A stretch of DNA of 64,000 nucleotides from Fimbriimonadales bacterium (lineage in GTDB: Bacteria; Armatimonadota; Fimbriimonadia; Fimbriimonadales; ATM1). Position 1 is the stretch's first letter. Every line of letters starts with the position of its first letter. The DNA is taken from positions 27,713 to 91,712 of the forward strand of contig JBGTLG010000005.1 of the NCBI GenBank assembly GCA_041744215.1, in the 5' to 3' direction. The position numbers were made by a program, and so were the translations under genes. This document shows, one piece after another, positions 18,972 through 28,622 of this stretch. The notes under the pieces are model-generated. The model did not search any database and had not been told where the DNA came from. It saw nothing but the letters and a program-made list of their open reading frames with translations.

Positions 18972-20441
18972 TTACTTACCAGTTCCACCGGCTTCTCGCT
19001 CGTATGTGTTGAACGGATCACTCAGCTCAACGACGGTTTGACGATCGAGGTGAACGGCGTCCCAGTCAACCCAATAAGTTGGTCGCTTGCTGGCGATCAG
19101 CTTTCTGATCAAAGCTGCGCGACCCTTAGCTCTCGTGTTATCTGGTGGCTCGGTCATCGCGTCGACAATTCTCAGATCGTCAACTACTTCAACCGCAGCG
19201 TCCATCTCGACGAGCCCCTGATGAAGGCTCCTTCTTGGGTCGATGTTGTGATACTCCAGGTCCACCGAGTGAAGCGCGTCATCATCCCACCTTGCATCTG
19301 CCTCACGCATGTAGGTCTCCACAACTTGCTTCTTCGCTACCCAGTCAAGCTTCTTCGAGAGTGACATAGGGTCCCGTTCAAGCGCGTCAAGGGTCTCCTC
19401 CCAATTCGTAAGCGTCCAATCCGTGTCCTCATCCCTTCCTCGGAACTGTTGGGCGATTCCGAGATACTCACGATGGAGGTCGATTGCGGACATAGTGCGG
19501 CCACCATCCAGATGCACGATCCACCGGTACGATGGGTCGCGGCTCACCTCTCTTAACGCAGTAAGCGGATCTGGCATGAGCAGGTCGTCGGGAATCAGGT
19601 GATTTTCGACGAGGTCAAGCATCAGGCATGTCGTCCCAACTTTGAGGGCGTATGCAAACTGCATCTGATTCGCTTCACCGAACAAGACGTGCAGACGGGT
19701 AGAGGCTCCATAGCTATAGAACGACTCCCACTTCGGATTGATGAGCGCGCGGTTGAATCGAACGCGGCTGGCAGTGAGCTTGATGATGTGGTCCGCACGT
19801 TGGCTGAGCTGAAAATCTACATCTTCGTCGGGTTGCACGCCATAGACATTCGAGACCCAAATGTAATCGACTGGGTTCGAAAACATCGTCGAGTTCGTTC
19901 GTGTGCCGGTGTAGTCGATGCGATGCCCACCGACCCGCCCGACCCCCGCGTATATCTGCCGCGTCACCAAGAATGGGTAGAGGTAGTTGACAGACTCCGT
20001 GAGGAACCGATCCTCGGACTTCACGAGATAGTTTTCGTGGCAGCCGAAAGTGTGCCCGCCGAAATGATCGACACTATTGTTGTAGAACGCTGCGACCTCG
20101 CTGAGTCCTATCTCGTCGAGGGCCCTTACGATGATTCGTTGACCGGCGCGGTCTGAAGCAATGAGATCGAACAGGCGTCTGCACTCCGGTGTCGCATACT
20201 CTTCATGGGACCCCACTGCGTCCACGTAGAGCCTGCCGCCGTTAATGAGAAACCCGCCACTGTATGCCGGTTCGAAGGCCTCGTCCCGCGGGTGCAAGTC
20301 GTATACCCCGAGCTTCTGCGTTTCGAAGACGTGGTCCTTCACAGCCTCTACGACCGCCTCGTAAGTGTAGGGCTCGCCGGGTTCAACGAGACAGCCAAAC
20401 TCGGTTTCTACTCCGAATATGCGGTTCATTCCTTCCGCCAC
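18972..20441 (-). CDS. pafA: PafA-type Pup/UBact-protein ligase
   Basis: RIFGVETEFG, FLINGGRLYVDAVGSHEEYATPEC, TFGCHENYL, LSQRADHI, RLHVLFGEANQ, LDWVAKK, DLEYH; lacks the Dop loop. Confidence 0.88.
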   Translation of the reverse strand: MAEGMNRIFGVETEFGCLVEPGEPYTYEAVVEAVKDHVFETQKLGVYDLHPRDEAFEPAYSGGFLINGGRLYVDAVGSHEEYATPECRRLFDLIASDRAGQRIIVRALDEIGLSEVAAFYNNSVDHFGGHTFGCHENYLVKSEDRFLTESVNYLYPFLVTRQIYAGVGRVGGHRIDYTGTRTNSTMFSNPVDYIWVSNVYGVQPDEDVDFQLSQRADHIIKLTASRVRFNRALINPKWESFYSYGASTRLHVLFGEANQMQFAYALKVGTTCLMLDLVENHLIPDDLLMPDPLTALREVSRDPSYRWIVHLDGGRTMSAIDLHREYLGIAQQFRGRDEDTDWTLTNWEETLDALERDPMSLSKKLDWVAKKQVVETYMREADARWDDDALHSVDLEYHNIDPRRSLHQGLVEMDAAVEVVDDLRIVDAMTEPPDNTRAKGRAALIRKLIASKRPTYWVDWDAVHLDRQTVVELSDPFNTYEREAGGTGK

Positions 20442-20480
20442 GCCTCATTCTACGCCCAGCGACGGCGGTATCCTGCGGGC

Positions 20481-22052
20481 GTGCCCGGCAGAGCGTGGAT
20501 ATTGGCTTGGATTATCGCACTCACTCCTTTGCTTGGCTTTTGGGCATACGGTTTGTTCGACCTTGACGAAGGAATCTATGCTGCGTCACTCCGTGAGATG
20601 ATGGCGCGGGGGGACGCGTTCGTCATCATGTTCGACGGTGCGCCATTTCTTGAAAAGCCAATTCTCGTTTACTGGGTGGCCTGGGGATTCGACTTATTGG
20701 GTTTTACGGGGGAGTTCGGCTTGCGGCTTGGGTCAGTCCTTGCCGCCATTGGCACACTGGCGATCTGTACAGCGTTCGCAAGGCGACGATTTGGGGAACA
20801 CGCTGGAGCGTGGACGTTGCTGATCCTCGCCTGTTCGCCCCTCTTCATGATCGTGGCAAGGATGTTTATTCCGGATGCCCTCTTTGTGTTCTTTCTTACT
20901 GCTTCTCTCCTCGTCTTTTGGGAGTCTCTGGAACGTCGAGGTTTGCGTATCCTCTCAGCGGTTTTGTTGGCAGCGGCTGCCCTGGCAAAGGGGCCCGTCG
21001 CTCCGGCAATCTTCCTTCTGCTTGTGATCTATGCACTTTTCAGACTGCCAACAATTCGACACGGTCTGCGGGGGGGATGGGTCGTGGGGACGCTCGCGTT
21101 CATCAGTGTTGTCGCTCTCTGGTATGTGCCGATCATGTTGGACAAGGGTCCAGAGTTCGTCAAAGAGTTCATCCTTTTTCAGAATCTTGGACGATTGGCT
21201 GGGGAGGACGAAGCTCATCGTGGGGACTTCTACATCTACGTTCCCATCATCTTCGTCGCTCTCGCCCCGTTCATCTTCGCAATCAAGAGAGCATTCATCG
21301 GTCTCCGGTCAAAACCTATCGAGCGCTTTCTTTGGGCGTGGGCGATTCTGGTCTTCGTGATTTTCAGCGCGGCTGGTTCGAAACTGCCACACTACATCCT
21401 GCCGTGCTTGCCTCCGTTGGCGATTTTGCTCGCGGCGCAACTGGCAGAGGATCCTCCGTCGGGTTGGTGGGCAGTCGGCTGGGCGATCGTAGCTGCTGCC
21501 GGTGTGTGGACAGCATGGGGGTTCTTAGAGGAGTATCGCCAGGCCGTCATGCCTCTGGCCGGCGGGGCCAGTCTTGGAGTGCTGCTCTCTCTTCGTGCAG
21601 TCATGCGAGGAGCACGGCTCGGCGCCGCTGGGGCAGGAGCCGCATGGCCGGTTGCTGTCGCTGGGCTGGTTCTTGGTGTCCCGGCATACTGGCAAGTCTC
21701 ACATGCAGACGCCGTGAAGGCGGCGGAGGCCGCGTATGCTGACGGTGGGGAACAGGTCGTGGAGTTTCGGGTGGAAGGGCTCGGCGGCAGGATGGTCACG
21801 TCGCATCCAAGCACTTACTGGTACTTCGGTCGGCCGAGGGCATCGACCTACTGGTTTGACGAACTGGTTGACCAGTTGCCAGCCCAAGGCCGAATACTAA
21901 CTCGAAGGTCCAGGCTGACCCTGGGCCATCTCGACGCGCTGCGGAGCCTTGGCTTGAGCGTCAGCCGAGAACGAGTGGTCGGTGAGTACGAGATCTACAG
22001 GTTCTTTAGGGACCCAAACAGCGCAAACCCGCTGGTTAAGCCCACCGGTTAG
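20481..22052 (+). CDS. ArnT/PMT family integral membrane glycosyltransferase
   Basis: LFDLDEGIYA...REM, FLEKPILVYW, LAKGPVA, SKLPHYILP; many TM helices. GTG start lies 6 nt after TATCCT. Confidence 0.85.
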   Translation: MPGRAWILAWIIALTPLLGFWAYGLFDLDEGIYAASLREMMARGDAFVIMFDGAPFLEKPILVYWVAWGFDLLGFTGEFGLRLGSVLAAIGTLAICTAFARRRFGEHAGAWTLLILACSPLFMIVARMFIPDALFVFFLTASLLVFWESLERRGLRILSAVLLAAAALAKGPVAPAIFLLLVIYALFRLPTIRHGLRGGWVVGTLAFISVVALWYVPIMLDKGPEFVKEFILFQNLGRLAGEDEAHRGDFYIYVPIIFVALAPFIFAIKRAFIGLRSKPIERFLWAWAILVFVIFSAAGSKLPHYILPCLPPLAILLAAQLAEDPPSGWWAVGWAIVAAAGVWTAWGFLEEYRQAVMPLAGGASLGVLLSLRAVMRGARLGAAGAGAAWPVAVAGLVLGVPAYWQVSHADAVKAAEAAYADGGEQVVEFRVEGLGGRMVTSHPSTYWYFGRPRASTYWFDELVDQLPAQGRILTRRSRLTLGHLDALRSLGLSVSRERVVGEYEIYRFFRDPNSANPLVKPTG

Positions 22053-22154
22053 CCGCATAACAAACGACCGTAAGAAATGCTTTCCGCCAAATTAGTAGAC
22101 ACGCGTCCGCAATACATAGTAGACGTATTGCACATCTAGATAAAAAAGCCAATT

Positions 22155-22200
22155 TTGTGGCCAGATTTCCCACTAATTCCCAAGATCACCCTGTATATTG
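22155..22200 (+). promoter_or_regulatory. Putative MraZ operator / dcw promoter
   Basis: 10-bp-periodic boxes TTCCCA (22167), TTCCCA (22177) and CACCCT (22187), i.e. TGGG-type boxes on the minus strand, followed by -10-like TATATT. Confidence 0.55.
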
Positions 22201-22320
22201 CCGATAGTTCCAAGGACGGAACACCGAGCCAACGAGGAGAACCCATTGGGATCTCTTTTTTTGCGAGGGCCGGCGCGCATGGACGCAGCGCTGGCCTTCG
22301 GCATCTCAGGCGGATTATAC

Positions 22321-22818
22321 ATGGACAAGGCCCAGTGGTCACACGAGATCGAAGAACTCGAGGCCCAGATAACGGGAACCGAGGTCACGTCCATTGACGA
22401 TAAGGGCCGAGTTCGATTGCCCAAGAAGATGCAGGACGCGCTGGGGAATCCATTCGTCCTTTTCGTGCATCCGTCAGGGTGCATCACCGCCTACCCGGTT
22501 CATCGTTGGAATTCCTTGGTCAGGGCCGTGCGCGCTTTGCCGGAGTGGTCGGAGCAGCACCAAAAGGCGATGGGTTATCTGGGAGAAAACTCGATGCCGA
22601 TATCTGCCGACGCGCAAGGGCGATTTGTCGTCTCGCGTCCATTTCGTGATTTGGCAGGCCTCAAGTCCAATGACATTATGGTGATCGGGTGCATCGATTA
22701 TCTCGAAATCTGGTCACCGGCCGATCGACAAACATATCTTGCGAATCCGGAGTCGGTCGCGAGAGGAAACTCGAAGAAGATTTTTCAGGAAGTCGTTGAG
22801 CTCGCGAGGGGTCGATGA
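22321..22818 (+). CDS. mraZ: Transcriptional regulator MraZ
   Basis: IDDKGRVRLP and DAQGRFVV duplicated AbrB motifs, IGCIDYLEIWS; first gene of the dcw cluster. Start could be 22279. Confidence 0.9.
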   Translation: MDKAQWSHEIEELEAQITGTEVTSIDDKGRVRLPKKMQDALGNPFVLFVHPSGCITAYPVHRWNSLVRAVRALPEWSEQHQKAMGYLGENSMPISADAQGRFVVSRPFRDLAGLKSNDIMVIGCIDYLEIWSPADRQTYLANPESVARGNSKKIFQEVVELARGR

Positions 22819-23726
22819 GTCGTCGCCACGAGCCCGTGATGCAAGAAGAAGTGATGAGCATGCTACAAATCAATCAAGGAGCCACAATCATCGACGGCAC
22901 AGTCGGGCATGGAGGCCATGCGCTTGCGATGCTGCGTGCGGCTGGCCCTAGGGGTCGATTGATAGCGTTTGACTGGGACGAGACGATGATCTCTCGCGCA
23001 TCGGACACGCTCGCGGAGACACCAGGCGGCAAAAACTTCATTCATGCTGATTACCGGCAGATTCCTCAGTACCTGCAAACCCTCACAATTGTTGACGTCG
23101 ACGCGATCCTCCTTGATTTTGGTGTAAATCTGGAGCATTTCGAGGATGCCTCTCGCGGATTTTCGTTCCAATCCGATGCCCCTCTAGACATGCGAATGGA
23201 TCGCTCGTCAAAAGAAACGGCTGCTGCATGGCTGGGCCGGGCGAGCGAGCAGGAGATAGTCCGAGCATTGCGCGAGTTGGGCGGAGAACGGCACGCGGGC
23301 CTCATCGCACGATCGATTCTGCGAATGCGGAAGGAAGGCCGATTGAAGACGACCTCCGATTTGGTCGCAGCAGTCGAAGCGGCGGTTCCGCCGCGCTTGC
23401 GAGAGAAGCGCATTCACCCAGCGACCCGGACTTTCCAGGCGATTCGAATCCAAATCAATCATGAACTGGACGATTTGCAGACGTCGATTGAGGAAATCGC
23501 AGATTGTTTGGGAACAGCCGGGCGCATGGTCACGCTGTCCTATCACTCGGGCGAGGACGGTGCGGCCAAAAGAGCCTTCCGAAATCTGCAAAAGCGAGGG
23601 GAGTTTCAAGTTTTGACGAAGACGCCGCTCCGACCGACGGCGCGGGAAGTTTATGACAACCCAAGTAGCCGCAGCGCAAAGTTGCGCACGATAACAAGAA
23701 TAAGCAAACAGGAGACAACAACATGA
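22815..23726 (+). CDS. rsmH: 16S rRNA m4C1402 methyltransferase
   Basis: HEPVM, DGTVGHGGH, RGFSFQSDAPLDMRMD, HPATRTFQAIRI, SYHSGED, NPSSRSAKLR. Confidence 0.96.
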   Translation: MSRRHEPVMQEEVMSMLQINQGATIIDGTVGHGGHALAMLRAAGPRGRLIAFDWDETMISRASDTLAETPGGKNFIHADYRQIPQYLQTLTIVDVDAILLDFGVNLEHFEDASRGFSFQSDAPLDMRMDRSSKETAAAWLGRASEQEIVRALRELGGERHAGLIARSILRMRKEGRLKTTSDLVAAVEAAVPPRLREKRIHPATRTFQAIRIQINHELDDLQTSIEEIADCLGTAGRMVTLSYHSGEDGAAKRAFRNLQKRGEFQVLTKTPLRPTAREVYDNPSSRSAKLRTITRISKQETTT

Positions 23727-24076
23727 GCGCAGTACTGCATCCTGGATCTGTAAGACCTATCCCTCGCGCGAAACCTCGCGCTGTACCGAAACGGAAAGGA
23801 GTATCGGTTACGGGGGTCATCGTTTTTGTCTGCTGTGTGTCTGCCCTCGCGTTTTTGTTCTCATCGGCATTCTCGCTTGGAGGGTTTATGCTTCTCGAAG
23901 ACGCACGAGCCCAAGCAATCCAGGCAGATCGGCGCGCAGCGCTGGCCGAAATCTCTATTGCCGAGCTGCGGGCTGAGATCGAGCGTTTGAGGAGTGCCCA
24001 TTCCGTGCAACGATGGGCAGCTGTTCACGACCTGATTCCGTCCTATAGAGCGGAGCATGAAGCGCCGACGTTCTAG
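23723..24076 (+). CDS. ftsL: Cell division protein FtsL-like
   Basis: Lies between rsmH and the PBP gene; single TM followed by a coiled coil. Confidence 0.65.
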   Translation: MSAVLHPGSVRPIPRAKPRAVPKRKGVSVTGVIVFVCCVSALAFLFSSAFSLGGFMLLEDARAQAIQADRRAALAEISIAELRAEIERLRSAHSVQRWAAVHDLIPSYRAEHEAPTF

Positions 24077-25832
24077 CGTCCCTCGCGAGGCCACACGAGC
24101 GATATTCATCGCTGGTGTTGTTCTTGCCGCGTTTTGTGTTGTCTTTGCGAACCAGTTGCGTGTTCAAACTTTCGCGAGGGACGAGATCTTTCGGAAGGCA
24201 GATGAACTCGGGCGCATGGTTCAGTCCGACAGGATCGCTGCGAGAAGGGGCAGGATTCTTTCAGCGGATGGTCGGCTGATAGCTGCGTCTGCATCGAAGT
24301 TTCGATTGGGTATCGACCCTGGCGCTACATCCTTGAGTCCTGCGCTGACTCATGAGCTGAGCTTGGCAACGGGGATCCCAGCCGCTGAGCTTTTGGATTT
24401 TGTGTCGAGAAGCAAGTCAGCTGATGACTGGGGAACACTGATCGATTCGGCTCAGGCCGCGGAAGTGAATCGGATCCGATCAAGATACTCCGCTGACTTT
24501 GTCTGGACTCGTCCAGCGAAAGAAAGGGAGTACGCGTTAGGTGAGTACTTCGCTCCGGTTGTGGGATTCGTAGAAAAGGGCGAAGGTAGAACGGGCATTG
24601 AGAAGTGGTTGAATCACGCATTGCAAGGACGCGAGGGCTTGATCGCTGGCGTAAAAGATGGTGACGGCAGATTCCTCCCCTGGCTAATGCGAAAGACGAA
24701 TTCGCGACCGGTTCTCGATGGGGATGACGTTGTACTCACCATTGATCCAGACTTGCAGGTAGCAGCGATGGAGAGCTTGGCCCGTGCGACTGAGACGCAT
24801 CGCGCAGATCACGGCGTCGCAATTGTGATGGACCCGCACACAGGAGACGTGCTTGCCATCGCTACAGCACCTTCGTTTGATCCAGAGGACCCCTTCCCGG
24901 CGTTTGCAGAATTTGCGTCCGGCAAGCGTTCGAGTCCAGAAATCAATCCAGCAGTCAGCTTCATGTTCGAACCGGGTTCGATTTTCAAGATGTTTACGAT
25001 CGCACTTGGTCTCGAAGCGGGAGTGATTAGGAATGGTGAGACGATCAGGTGCACAGGGAGCAAGGACTTTTCAGTGAAGACAATGAGTTGTGCAGGTGAC
25101 TCCGGACCGAAGGCTCATGGAATCGTTGGAATAGAAAAAAGTCTGGAGGTGAGCTGCAACATTTCAGCAGCGACCTGGGGTGTTAGAATTGGATTCGACC
25201 GATACTACGCGACAGTCGAGAAGCTGGGCCTTCTCCAAGCGTCTGGCATTTCGCTGAGCCCGGAGTCTCGGGGAATCATGAGGAAGAACGACGCGAACAG
25301 GACGATTCAAATGGCCAATGTTGGTTTCGGTCAGTCGGTAACCGGCACCCCGATCGGATTGGCTAGCGCGTTTACTTGCTTTGCGAATGATGGAGTGCGA
25401 GTTGCCCCGCGCCTTGTCAAGCGGATAGGCGAGACAGAGCAACCAGCGAGCGGTTCAGCGCGTGTGTTCAGCCGCGAAGTTGCCAACCAATTGTTGGAGA
25501 TGTCGGAGCGAGTCATTGAGTCACCGACGGGCACTGGGTACGCGCTGAGGATTCCCGGTTACACGTTGGCAGGAAAGACCGGTACGGCACAGAAACGCGA
25601 CCCCAAAACAGGCTTAGTCAGAAGCGGAATGTACATCAGCTCGTTTGTCGGGTACTTTCCTGCAAAGAACCCGAGAGCCGTTGTGCTTGTAATGATCGAT
25701 AACCCCAAGGGTGGACATTATTACGGTGGCAAAGTCGCGGGACCGGTGTACCAAGAAATCGTGCAATTTTTGATCAGAAAGTGGAAAGTGCCGCCTGATC
25801 GGCCCACGGAGGCCGTCGATGCTGCTCAGTGA
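24057..25832 (+). CDS. ftsI: Class B penicillin-binding protein (FtsI)
   Basis: RRGRILSADG, FEPGSIFK (SxxK), SCN (SxN), GKTGTAQK. Confidence 0.92.
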   Translation: MKRRRSSVPREATRAIFIAGVVLAAFCVVFANQLRVQTFARDEIFRKADELGRMVQSDRIAARRGRILSADGRLIAASASKFRLGIDPGATSLSPALTHELSLATGIPAAELLDFVSRSKSADDWGTLIDSAQAAEVNRIRSRYSADFVWTRPAKEREYALGEYFAPVVGFVEKGEGRTGIEKWLNHALQGREGLIAGVKDGDGRFLPWLMRKTNSRPVLDGDDVVLTIDPDLQVAAMESLARATETHRADHGVAIVMDPHTGDVLAIATAPSFDPEDPFPAFAEFASGKRSSPEINPAVSFMFEPGSIFKMFTIALGLEAGVIRNGETIRCTGSKDFSVKTMSCAGDSGPKAHGIVGIEKSLEVSCNISAATWGVRIGFDRYYATVEKLGLLQASGISLSPESRGIMRKNDANRTIQMANVGFGQSVTGTPIGLASAFTCFANDGVRVAPRLVKRIGETEQPASGSARVFSREVANQLLEMSERVIESPTGTGYALRIPGYTLAGKTGTAQKRDPKTGLVRSGMYISSFVGYFPAKNPRAVVLVMIDNPKGGHYYGGKVAGPVYQEIVQFLIRKWKVPPDRPTEAVDAAQ

Positions 25833-27273
25833 CATTGTATCGGGAATGCCGGGTGTCATCTCAGTAGATGGAGACGGAGAATTTACGAGCATAGTCTGCG
25901 ACTCAAGAGCCTGCGTCGCCGGGTCGTTGTTCGTAGCATTGGCTGGTTCGAAAGCAGATGGGCATAACTTCATCTCAGACGCGATCAGGTCTGGAGCGGC
26001 TGCAGTAATCCACTCGTCCGACACGGAACTGAGCGTGCCCTCCGCGCGAGTTGTTGACACGCAAGATTCGCTATGGCGGATGAGTAAGAAACTCTATGGC
26101 GATCCTTCCGCGGAACTGACCATGGTCGGTATAACTGGAACCAACGGGAAAACAACCACTGCGTGGATTGCTGCGCAAGCTCTGAACGCATTGGGGATTG
26201 ATACGGCCTACATCGGCACCCTTGGGGTGATTCATCGCGACCTCAACGAAAGTGTAGAGTTTACAACACCTTTCCCTCCAGACTTGTTTTCAATGCTCCG
26301 TCGATTGCGTGATCGCGGTGCGACGACGATCGTGATGGAGGTGTCGTCCCATGCGCTCGAGCAGCGGCGAGTCGACGGCGTTGAATTCGATGTAGCGGTG
26401 TTTACGAATCTATCTCAAGATCACTTGGACTTTCATCCCGACATGAATGCCTACTTTGCCGCGAAGCAGAGGCTTTTCGGGGAGTTAGAATCAACAAAGC
26501 GGCTCGTTGGCGTCGCCAATTGTGATGATCCTTGGGGCCAAAAACTGGTTGAGAAAGGGATCATCGACGTGTCCTTTGGCGAACACTGCGGGGACATACG
26601 TGTTGTAGAGAGTGGTGTCAGCGTGGACAACATTTCGCTGATAGTGTCGATAGGCGATGAGCCGGTTCGAATGAGTGCAAAAGTAGGCGGTCGGTTCAAT
26701 GTCATGAACCTTGTAGCCGCGGTCAGCTGCCTCGTGGCACTCGGACATCCTCCACAGAGCATTGCAAAAGCAATGCGAGGTGTTCACTCTGCGCCCGGAA
26801 GATTCGAAGCCGTACCAACTGGCTCGAGTTTCGGAGTGATCGTCGACTATGCTCACACCCCTGACGCACTTGAAAAGTTGCTTGCGGCTGTTCGGGAACT
26901 AAAGCCACGACGTATTCTCACTGTGTTCGGATGCGGAGGTGATCGTGATACGGGCAAGCGGCCGAAGATGGCGTTCGCGGCCACTAAGTGGTCTGATTTG
27001 ACGTTCGTTACCAGCGATAATCCGCGGTCCGAAGATCCGAATGTCATTATCGCGGGAATTCTGGAAGGAACCGTCGATGGCGCGCACATTCGAGTGGAGC
27101 CTGATCGGCGGGCAGCCATCCATCAAGCAATTGCGGAGGCAGACGAAGACGATATCGTGGTCATAGCGGGCAAAGGCCATGAAGACTATCAGATTCTTGC
27201 ATCTGGGAAGATTCACTTCGACGACCGCGAGGTCGCTCTTGAAGCAGTGAAGGAGAAGGTCGCTTGCGCTTGA
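25819..27273 (+). CDS. murE: UDP-MurNAc-tripeptide synthetase (meso-DAP type)
   Basis: GITGTNGKTTT, MEVSSHAL, DYAHTPD, DNPR (DAP specificity), AGKGHEDYQ. Confidence 0.96.
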   Translation: MLLSDIVSGMPGVISVDGDGEFTSIVCDSRACVAGSLFVALAGSKADGHNFISDAIRSGAAAVIHSSDTELSVPSARVVDTQDSLWRMSKKLYGDPSAELTMVGITGTNGKTTTAWIAAQALNALGIDTAYIGTLGVIHRDLNESVEFTTPFPPDLFSMLRRLRDRGATTIVMEVSSHALEQRRVDGVEFDVAVFTNLSQDHLDFHPDMNAYFAAKQRLFGELESTKRLVGVANCDDPWGQKLVEKGIIDVSFGEHCGDIRVVESGVSVDNISLIVSIGDEPVRMSAKVGGRFNVMNLVAAVSCLVALGHPPQSIAKAMRGVHSAPGRFEAVPTGSSFGVIVDYAHTPDALEKLLAAVRELKPRRILTVFGCGGDRDTGKRPKMAFAATKWSDLTFVTSDNPRSEDPNVIIAGILEGTVDGAHIRVEPDRRAAIHQAIAEADEDDIVVIAGKGHEDYQILASGKIHFDDREVALEAVKEKVACA

Positions 27274-28622
27274 AGCTAAGCGAGATTGCGTCGCGAGTGG
27301 GCGGAAATCTGTTCGGTGAAGATCGCGAGATTTCGTCGCTTTCCATCGACAGTCGGGCGACAACCGAGTCAAGTCTGTTCTGTGCAGTCGTCGGCGCGCG
27401 GGCAGACGGGCACGACTTTATCGAGGATGCCATGCGGTCGGGATCCGTCGCTGCATTGGTCACTCGAAAGATCGCGACGACAGCCCCATTAGTGATCGTC
27501 GACTCAGTAGAGTCCGCTTTGGAATTGCTGGCAAAGTCAATTCGCCGTGAGTTTCTCGGTGCACCATTTGGAATCACTGGAAGTGTCGGCAAGACTTCTA
27601 CAAAAGAACTACTTGCAACTGCTTTAGGCGATGAAGGCTCAGTGCTAAAGTCGAAGGGAAACCTGAACACCGAGTATGGAGTCCCAATGACGTGGATGGA
27701 CCTGCAACCAGCGCATGAGTTTGCTGTCATTGAAATGGGCGCAAGAGGCATCGGACACATTCGACATCTTTGTGAGATGAGCCAGCCGTCAATAGGAATC
27801 ATTACCTCCATTGGCACAGCGCATATAGGCGAGCTCGGCAGTCGAGCTGGCATTCTGCAAGCGAAGGCAGAACTGTTCGAATCGCTCCCGGAGAATGGCG
27901 CAGCAATAGCCCCACACGGCACAGTTGCCGAAGAGCTTTCTGGCTATGCAAAGTGCGAAATGTTCACATTCGGTTTGCAGCCAGGCGCTGATGTGTCTGT
28001 AACTTCCGTAGAGTTCAATGTTCTAAACAACACGACTATCGCAGGAATGTCTGTATTCGGTGAGTTCGTAAAGCTTGAGATCCCTGCGCTCGGCCGACAT
28101 CAGGCCGCAAATGCGGCAGCCGCGGTTGCTGCGTGCCAAGCGGCGGGCGTGGATCTCAAAAAAGCAGTATCGCGCATGGCGGCAGCAGAAGTTCCGCGAG
28201 ACCGCCTCCGAAGCGTTCCATACAATAAGGCAATTGTTCTTGTCGATGTCTACAATTCAAGCCCTGAATCTTGCATGGAGGCACTTCACGTTCTCACGTG
28301 CTCGCCCGCAACTGGCAAGCGAATAGCCGTTCTCGGTGATATGAAGGAACTTGGCGCGTTCTCGCACCAACTTCATTCTGAAGTTGGGCTGGCGGCAGCA
28401 AGCTCATGCGACAAAGTTGTCGCAATAGGTGATTTTGCCGAAGCCGTCGTTGCAGGGGCGAAGGAAGCGGATGCTTCATTCGATGCACGTGCCTATTCAT
28501 CAATAGACGCAGCCGTAGCCGTTTTGAAGTCGGCTGAGCCGGGAGACGTCATTCTTATCAAGGGATCGCGCACGCTACAGCTCGAGGATGCGCTCGCGGA
28601 GGCCGATGTTGTTGTCGCTTAG
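27270..28622 (+). CDS. murF: UDP-MurNAc-pentapeptide synthetase
   Basis: GITGSVGKTSTKE, GNLNTEYGVP, DVYNSSPES, LGDMKELG, IKGSR. Confidence 0.95.
   Translation: MKLSEIASRVGGNLFGEDREISSLSIDSRATTESSLFCAVVGARADGHDFIEDAMRSGSVAALVTRKIATTAPLVIVDSVESALELLAKSIRREFLGAPFGITGSVGKTSTKELLATALGDEGSVLKSKGNLNTEYGVPMTWMDLQPAHEFAVIEMGARGIGHIRHLCEMSQPSIGIITSIGTAHIGELGSRAGILQAKAELFESLPENGAAIAPHGTVAEELSGYAKCEMFTFGLQPGADVSVTSVEFNVLNNTTIAGMSVFGEFVKLEIPALGRHQAANAAAAVAACQAAGVDLKKAVSRMAAAEVPRDRLRSVPYNKAIVLVDVYNSSPESCMEALHVLTCSPATGKRIAVLGDMKELGAFSHQLHSEVGLAAASSCDKVVAIGDFAEAVVAGAKEADASFDARAYSSIDAAVAVLKSAEPGDVILIKGSRTLQLEDALAEADVVVA

Noticed and set aside
20205-20480. N-terminal extensions given by the ORF track for the ArnT-like gene (likewise dnaE, ftsZ, murG, BMP, PTPS and the 60280 ORF)
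   Set aside because: They overlap neighbouring genes or promoters and lack homology; downstream starts have better SD or -10 support.
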